Notes under the pieces: generated by a model | Database searches by the model: none | What the model saw: only the letters and a program-made list of their open reading frames with translations | Told to the model about the DNA's origin: nothing | Position numbers and translations under genes: made by a program | From: a virus | Reading direction: 5' to 3' (one strand) | UHGV virus genome: UHGV-1342932 | DNA: 5,904 nt | In this document: positions 1 to 4,149 of the stretch, piece by piece | Layout of the letters: the number at the start of each line of letters is the position of its first letter | Position numbering within the stretch: position 1 is the stretch's first letter

Positions 1-49
1 TTAAATACTATTTATTTCGATGTAAAAGCCGTCCGGAATCTTTCTCGCG

Positions 50-235
50 ATGGTATGCCGTATTAATATGAAAAAAGAATATATCTGGCTTATAATAGCC
101 GCTTTATGTTTGGTAGTAGGTGCATGCACCATTACCATTCAAGTACAGAAGAATAATACAAACAGTAGTTTTGAAAATTCTTCTACGAGTTCAAATAGCG
201 CAGATTCTGCAAGTGTTGACTTAAAAATTAATTAA
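50..235 (+). CDS. small secreted lipoprotein, function unknown; the likely true start is the ATG at 68, giving MKKEYIWLIIAALCLVVGAC...
   Basis: The N-terminus has an n-region (MKKEY), a hydrophobic h-region and a lipobox-like VVGA|C (PROSITE PS51257 pattern). The predicted mature part (~35 aa) is Ser/Asn/Thr-rich. The region upstream of ATG 68 is A-rich with no SD, as for the other genes here. The stop codon is 1 nt before the next gene's start. Confidence 0.5.
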   Translation: MVCRINMKKEYIWLIIAALCLVVGACTITIQVQKNNTNSSFENSSTSSNSADSASVDLKIN

Positions 236-236
236 T

Positions 237-686
237 ATGTTTCAAGAAATTAGGCCCTTTGGCACAATCATTCAAGACCCTGTTGGTGTAGATTCGATAT
301 CTATTACAACCCAACCCACCGAGTTGGACGATTTTTATCATGAGAAAATCGAGGTGCTTCCAGGTGAGTCCATAACCTTTATTACTACGGACATTTCGCT
401 TTTGTTTAATCAACAGCGTTTAATGCAAGCTTCCCCCTTAGCTTTAGACCGTTTGGTGAACAATCTTAAAAGCGCCCGTCCTGACGCCCTGAAAGGTTAT
501 ACTGATGAACAATTAGCTTCTGCCGTCAAATCTCGTTATATACAGTCTGCCGCAGATATGCAAGACTATATGCGCACTGTCATGATGAATATGGATGAGG
601 AAGTTGCTAACATTCAAATGAAACTCGCAGAACAACAAAATGCTCAAGGTTCTACGTCTCAGGAATCTGAGAGCTCCACTGAATGA
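237..686 (+). CDS. putative internal scaffolding protein (VP3-like), 149 aa; the functional call is tentative
   Basis: The ORF is packed tightly between the lipoprotein stop (235) and the VP2 start. Its stop overlaps the VP2 start codon as ATGA at 683-686. Its size (~150 aa) and acidic C-terminus fit Microviridae VP3 scaffolding proteins. I believe the SRYIQ-containing segment resembles a motif in gokushovirus VP3 but I cannot verify this here. Confidence 0.55.
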   Translation: MFQEIRPFGTIIQDPVGVDSISITTQPTELDDFYHEKIEVLPGESITFITTDISLLFNQQRLMQASPLALDRLVNNLKSARPDALKGYTDEQLASAVKSRYIQSAADMQDYMRTVMMNMDEEVANIQMKLAEQQNAQGSTSQESESSTE

Positions 687-1786
687 GTTTCTGGACAGCC
701 CTGGGCGCTGGTGTCTCTGGCCTTTTTGGTATAGGAAATTCTTTACTGAATGCATCCTCTCAAAATCAAGCCAACAAATACAATCTTCAAGCACAGCGTG
801 AGACGAACCAAGCTAACATGGCGATTAACCAATCGCAACTTGATTATGCAAGTAAGATGTACCAAGACCAAGTCGCCCAGCAATGGAAAATGTTTAATAC
901 AACCAATGCATACAATTCACCATCAGCGCAAAAACAAAGGTATCTTGATGCCGGATTGAACCCTTATATGATGATGGGCAATCAACCCGCAGCTTCAGCC
1001 TCTTCTATGCCTGCTGCAGGTGTTCCTAGCCAATTGCCTATGCAGGCTGGTCGTATTGAAGCTTTCAATCAATGGAACCTAGGTAAAGGCTTAAGTGATG
1101 CAGGCATGTTTGCAAACATAGACGCTACCATGGCATCTGCAGAGAAGTCTAAGGAGGAAACCCATGGTATAGCTCTTCAAAATGAGTATTTCCGCCGCAA
1201 TCAAGAAGCTGACCTTGCAATAAAAATTTTAACAGCTAAAAATCTCGACAAGGATGATAAGCGTAAATTGCTAAGTAATAACCTTTTTGAAGATACTTAT
1301 TACTCTCAGGTGCTGAAATCTAGGTTAGAGCCGCATATGATGCAATATACGATGAATCATCTACAGTCTCAGATAGATTTGAATCAGATAGAGACTCAGA
1401 TTCAGAATCTTAATCTCGATACTGGTCGCCAAATGCAACCATTGCAGCTCAAACGTGCAGCTCGCGAAATTGAGGAGATATGCTCCCGTCGCGATTTGAA
1501 CTACGCTCGAAAAAAGGAAGCTGTTGCAAACGCTCTTGTACAAGGCCAAAATTACAAGAATATGCCGAAATACAAAAAAGAAGACGTTCAAAAAATGGCC
1601 AATTCTATCGTGTCAGAATATGTAGTTATGCCTGAAGAGTGGAATCAAACATTTCGTGGTATTAATGATGTACTGAACGCCGCAGGAAAAGCCGCTGATA
1701 TTTTCTCTATCGGCCGATTTTTCCGCCCAAAAGGCAAGAAATCTTCGCCTGTTGAAGGAATTCCCGCTCCTGTTTGGTATCAGTAG
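683..1786 (+). CDS. DNA pilot / minor capsid protein (VP2/H-like), 367 aa
   Basis: The N-terminus is Gly-rich and hydrophobic (MSFWTALGAGVSGLFGIGNSLLN). A conserved-looking block (NAYNSPSAQKQRYLDAGLNPYMMM) resembles the AGLNP-containing core of Microviridae pilot proteins. A Gln-rich predicted coiled-coil (LQSQIDLNQIETQIQNLNLD...) follows. The start codon overlaps the upstream stop (ATGA). Confidence 0.78.
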   Translation: MSFWTALGAGVSGLFGIGNSLLNASSQNQANKYNLQAQRETNQANMAINQSQLDYASKMYQDQVAQQWKMFNTTNAYNSPSAQKQRYLDAGLNPYMMMGNQPAASASSMPAAGVPSQLPMQAGRIEAFNQWNLGKGLSDAGMFANIDATMASAEKSKEETHGIALQNEYFRRNQEADLAIKILTAKNLDKDDKRKLLSNNLFEDTYYSQVLKSRLEPHMMQYTMNHLQSQIDLNQIETQIQNLNLDTGRQMQPLQLKRAAREIEEICSRRDLNYARKKEAVANALVQGQNYKNMPKYKKEDVQKMANSIVSEYVVMPEEWNQTFRGINDVLNAAGKAADIFSIGRFFRPKGKKSSPVEGIPAPVWYQ

Positions 1787-1799
1787 TTTCGTTTCGTTG

Positions 1800-1830
1800 A
1801 GTAGGAGAGCATTTCGCCCTCCTACTTTTG
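1800..1830 (+). terminator. rho-independent terminator after the pilot gene
   Basis: An 8-bp perfect stem (AGTAGGAG 1800-1807 pairing with CTCCTACT 1819-1826) encloses an 11-nt loop. It is followed immediately by TTTTG and sits 14 nt after the VP2 stop codon. Confidence 0.55.
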
Positions 1831-1925
1831 TATGGTGTCGCCAACTGCATAGCCCCCAAATTTTTTTTCTTTTTTCTTTTGACAAGCTAAAATTTGGCAT
1901 GGAGTAGATTAGGACAATCAGTTGG

Positions 1926-1962
1926 CATAATTTAATAGAAGCGTAGCGCCTGTTAAATTATG
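1926..1962. promoter_or_regulatory. 10-bp perfect inverted repeat (CATAATTTAA ... TTAAATTATG, 17-nt spacer): candidate protein-binding palindrome or ssDNA hairpin
   Basis: Reading the sequence directly: 1926-1935 is the reverse complement of 1953-1962. Flanking direct repeats TTGGCATAAT (1922-1931) and TTGGCCTAAT (1973-1982) overlap or bracket the palindrome. Confidence 0.35.
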
Positions 1963-1971
1963 GTAACGCCT

Positions 1972-2002
1972 ATTGGCCTAATATACGGAATACCTACCTT
2001 TG
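1972..2002 (+). promoter_or_regulatory. candidate Bacteroidetes-type promoter: -7 TACCTTTG at 1995-2002, weak -33 ATTG at 1972-1975
   Basis: There is an exact TAnnTTTG match at 1995-2002. A TTG-containing element lies 19 nt upstream. The motif sits in the long non-coding region and is oriented toward rep. Confidence 0.3.
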
Positions 2003-2069
2003 CTTTTCAAAATAAATAAGAAATAAAATTTACCATCAGCACACCATATTTAAGAGTAAATTCAGCGCC

Positions 2070-2153
2070 GCCGGAGTGCGAAAAAGGAAATGTCAAAAAC
2101 GTAAAGCAAGCCGTCGTAGCGGCGTGCGTTTTTGATATTTCCCGCGCTCCGGC
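2070..2153 (+). promoter_or_regulatory. GC-rich nested stem-loop element (outer 11-bp stem enclosing a GC hairpin flanked by A5/T5)
   Basis: The outer stem GCCGGAGTGCG (2070-2080) pairs with CGCGCTCCGGC (2143-2153), with one T.G. The inner hairpin is GCAAGCCG (2106-2113) / CGGCGTGC (2120-2127) with loop TCGTAG. AAAAACG (2095-2101) is the reverse complement of CGTTTTT (2127-2133). This is a local GC island in an otherwise AT-rich spacer. Confidence 0.45.
2095..2133 (+). terminator. intrinsic-terminator-like hairpin with T5 (and symmetric A5) inside the rep leader: possible attenuator or bidirectional terminator
   Basis: A GC-rich stem (2106-2127) is followed by GTTTTT (2128-2133). The matching A-tract upstream makes the element symmetric. 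Confidence 0.35.
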
Positions 2154-2273
2154 TAAGCCTCTTCTTACCCTTGTATTTGGATTGTGAAACCACCACTATT
2201 TCCGGAACGGCAAAATCTTCCCCCATCAATTTTGCTCTCTCCTCTTGGCCTACTTATGAAATAGTGACTAACT

Positions 2274-2305
2274 CTTGCATATTTAAGATGTATTTCCTAT
2301 CTTTG
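2274..2305 (+). promoter_or_regulatory. candidate Bacteroidetes-type promoter abutting the rep start: -7 TATCTTTG at 2298-2305, -33-like CTTG at 2274-2277
   Basis: The TAnnTTTG match is exact and ends 4 nt before the rep ATG at 2310. Spacing to the upstream TTG is 20 nt. This would imply a leaderless or near-leaderless rep mRNA. Confidence 0.3.
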
Positions 2306-2309
2306 CACC

Positions 2310-3896
2310 ATGAGTTGCTTGCATCCTATAGAAATTGTAAATGCAGCAGGGAATTTGCTTCATGTTCCTTGTGGAAAGTGTTATGCATGTTTGAATAAGA
2401 AACGCTTTGATAATCAAGCAAAGGTTGACCTTCACATGCAAAAGCACAAGTACAATTTATTCTTCACTGCAACATATTCCGATAGGTATCTCCCTACGTA
2501 CAAAGTGTCTCGTGTGTCTAATTCTCGTATGGTGATAGAGCAAAAAACAGAACGTCAACTTTTTAACGACCCGTTCATGCATAAGCTTTGTTTTACGTAC
2601 AAGTCAGAGGAAGATAAGCGTTTATATGAACTCCCCTTTCAGCGCAAATATCATCCTACTCGTAAAAATAGGCGTGCTCATGTAGGCACTCATTTTGATT
2701 TGATTCATCAACACGACTCCTTCGGTGTTCTTTCAAAAAGAGATATTCAATTATTTTTAAAATCAATACGAAATGAAACAGTTAGAAAACAAAAAGGTGG
2801 AATTCTCCGAGGTTCTTGTAAGTTCTCCTACTATATTTGTGGCGAATATGGACCCGAACGCTTTCGCCCGCATTACCATGGTATCATCAGCACCAACGAT
2901 GAAGAGTTCGCAAAGTTCCTATCCGAAGCTTTACCTAAAATTTGGACATTGGGTGATTTGCGTATCGAGTATTCCAAAGGAAGTTCCGCTGGAAACTATT
3001 GTGCGGGATACGTTAATAGCTTTGCACGTTTACCTAAAATATACAGCTACAAACGTTTTCGGCCTTTCGTCCTCCATTCTACGTACTACGGTTATTCACC
3101 GGCTGAAGACCTTAATAAAGATATCGCAGAAATTACCTATCAATATCTTGCTGAACGAAACTATCTCATTAATGGTAAGTTACGTACAATTTCTCCCTCC
3201 CTTTCGTTTCAACATCATTTATTCCCCCGATGTTTTAGATATGACGAAAGCCCTGGGTATGTCCTTTTCTTACGGTATACACTCGTATCTCGATTGGCTG
3301 ACGCGATTAGGCGCGAATCAGGAGTCTACCCTGAGTCAATCTCTGAAATGATTTCTTATTTAAATACAGGTAGGACAAAATATGATATATCTATTGCTTC
3401 TGGAGGTTATACTCTCAACTATCTTTTTCGTGGCAGCTCTAATATTTCTAGTGCTGTCCGTTCGGCGCTCTATTTATCTTCCCGATTTTTTCGGTTGTGT
3501 GACCGCTACAATCGTTCTCCTCGTGAGTATTTTGATATTATACGACGATATTATGAGGACAAGTCATCCGCAGACTATCTTCGATTTTGTAGGAGTAGAG
3601 CTTCTAGGCCTATAGACTATCCTCTCGAGGACTATGTATTTGATTACACAAATATTTCATCTGAATCTGACCCCGCAATGTATTTGAAATCCGATATTCC
3701 GGACAAACGTTCTTCTTTTAAGCGGCTTTTTTATCTATCTTCATTTCTTGGTAAGGATTTCTACGATTTAGCTAGACATAATTCATCCTTCCAGAATAGC
3801 TATAGGTATAAGGAGCTATATATGAATCATTCTCGCACTTTTGAGAACTCTATAAAACATAAAAAACAAAATGAAAAAAATTGCATTTTTGAATAA
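2310..3896 (+). CDS. rolling-circle replication initiation protein (VP4 / protein A-like), 528 aa
   Basis: The N-terminus carries a Cys cluster (PCGKCYAC). RCR motif 1 is FFTATY (aa 51-56). The HUH motif RPHYHGII (aa 187-193) is at nt 2871-2888. The catalytic YCAGYVNS (aa 230-237, nt 2997-3020) is close to phiX174 A's YVAKYVNK. This is the largest ORF in the window. Confidence 0.9.
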   Translation: MSCLHPIEIVNAAGNLLHVPCGKCYACLNKKRFDNQAKVDLHMQKHKYNLFFTATYSDRYLPTYKVSRVSNSRMVIEQKTERQLFNDPFMHKLCFTYKSEEDKRLYELPFQRKYHPTRKNRRAHVGTHFDLIHQHDSFGVLSKRDIQLFLKSIRNETVRKQKGGILRGSCKFSYYICGEYGPERFRPHYHGIISTNDEEFAKFLSEALPKIWTLGDLRIEYSKGSSAGNYCAGYVNSFARLPKIYSYKRFRPFVLHSTYYGYSPAEDLNKDIAEITYQYLAERNYLINGKLRTISPSLSFQHHLFPRCFRYDESPGYVLFLRYTLVSRLADAIRRESGVYPESISEMISYLNTGRTKYDISIASGGYTLNYLFRGSSNISSAVRSALYLSSRFFRLCDRYNRSPREYFDIIRRYYEDKSSADYLRFCRSRASRPIDYPLEDYVFDYTNISSESDPAMYLKSDIPDKRSSFKRLFYLSSFLGKDFYDLARHNSSFQNSYRYKELYMNHSRTFENSIKHKKQNEKNCIFE

Positions 3897-4128
3897 AAAG
3901 TCTATTGTATTTGACTTTAATGAATACCCCGATAGGGAGTCTATAGAATATCTGGTCCATGTATCATTTAAAGGTAAGCCTTATGATTGCATGATTTTTT
4001 CAGATTTTGAAGATTTGATTACGTATGCCCGTTCTCATGAATCTTACGGACTGACTTACGAAGTTGTGATGCGCGCCACCACAGAGTATCAGTGCAAGAT
4101 TTCTTTTGATGGCGAGCTACCTTTTTAA
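3871..4128 (+). CDS. hypothetical small protein (85 aa, mildly acidic) between rep and capsid
   Basis: The ORF is on the + strand. A-rich sequence without SD (AAAACAAAATGAAAAAAA) precedes its start, like the other genes. Its first 26 nt overlap the rep 3' end in another frame. It ends 21 nt before the VP1 start. I recognise no motif in it. Confidence 0.5.
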   Translation: MKKIAFLNKKSIVFDFNEYPDRESIEYLVHVSFKGKPYDCMIFSDFEDLITYARSHESYGLTYEVVMRATTEYQCKISFDGELPF

Positions 4129-4149
4129 TAACTATTTAATTTTTATTTT

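Noticed and set aside
228-794. Minus-strand ORFs 228..413 and 513..794
   Set aside because: They are antisense to the scaffold-like and pilot genes, with no supporting signals.
750-959. 69-aa + strand ORF in an alternative frame inside VP2
   Set aside because: It is short and basic with low complexity, which is typical of a frame-shifted reading of a real gene. Nothing suggests overprinting here.
1361-1591. 76-aa minus-strand ORF
   Set aside because: It is antisense within VP2. Its hydrophobic composition is the expected artefact of reading A-rich coding sequence backwards.
1887-1897. TAAAATTTG upstream of the candidate rep promoter region
   Set aside because: There are three, not two, spacer nucleotides between TA and TTTG, so it is not an exact Bacteroidetes -7 motif.
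1613-1900. 95-aa minus-strand ORF spanning the pilot gene 3' end and the terminator
   Set aside because: It is antisense to VP2 and runs through the terminator hairpin. It is most likely a spurious ORF in AT-rich sequence.
1921-1965. Resemblance to an E. coli-type dif site (GCGC...CATAAT...GTTAAAT fragments)
   Set aside because: Only partial, discontinuous matches to the 28-bp dif consensus are present. The spacing of the XerC/XerD arms does not fit. I keep it only as a generic palindrome observation.
2132-2398. 88-aa + strand ORF spanning the GC hairpin and the rep start
   Set aside because: It starts inside the T-tract of the hairpin element and crosses the rep start in another frame. It has no credible start context and is more parsimoniously non-coding regulatory DNA.
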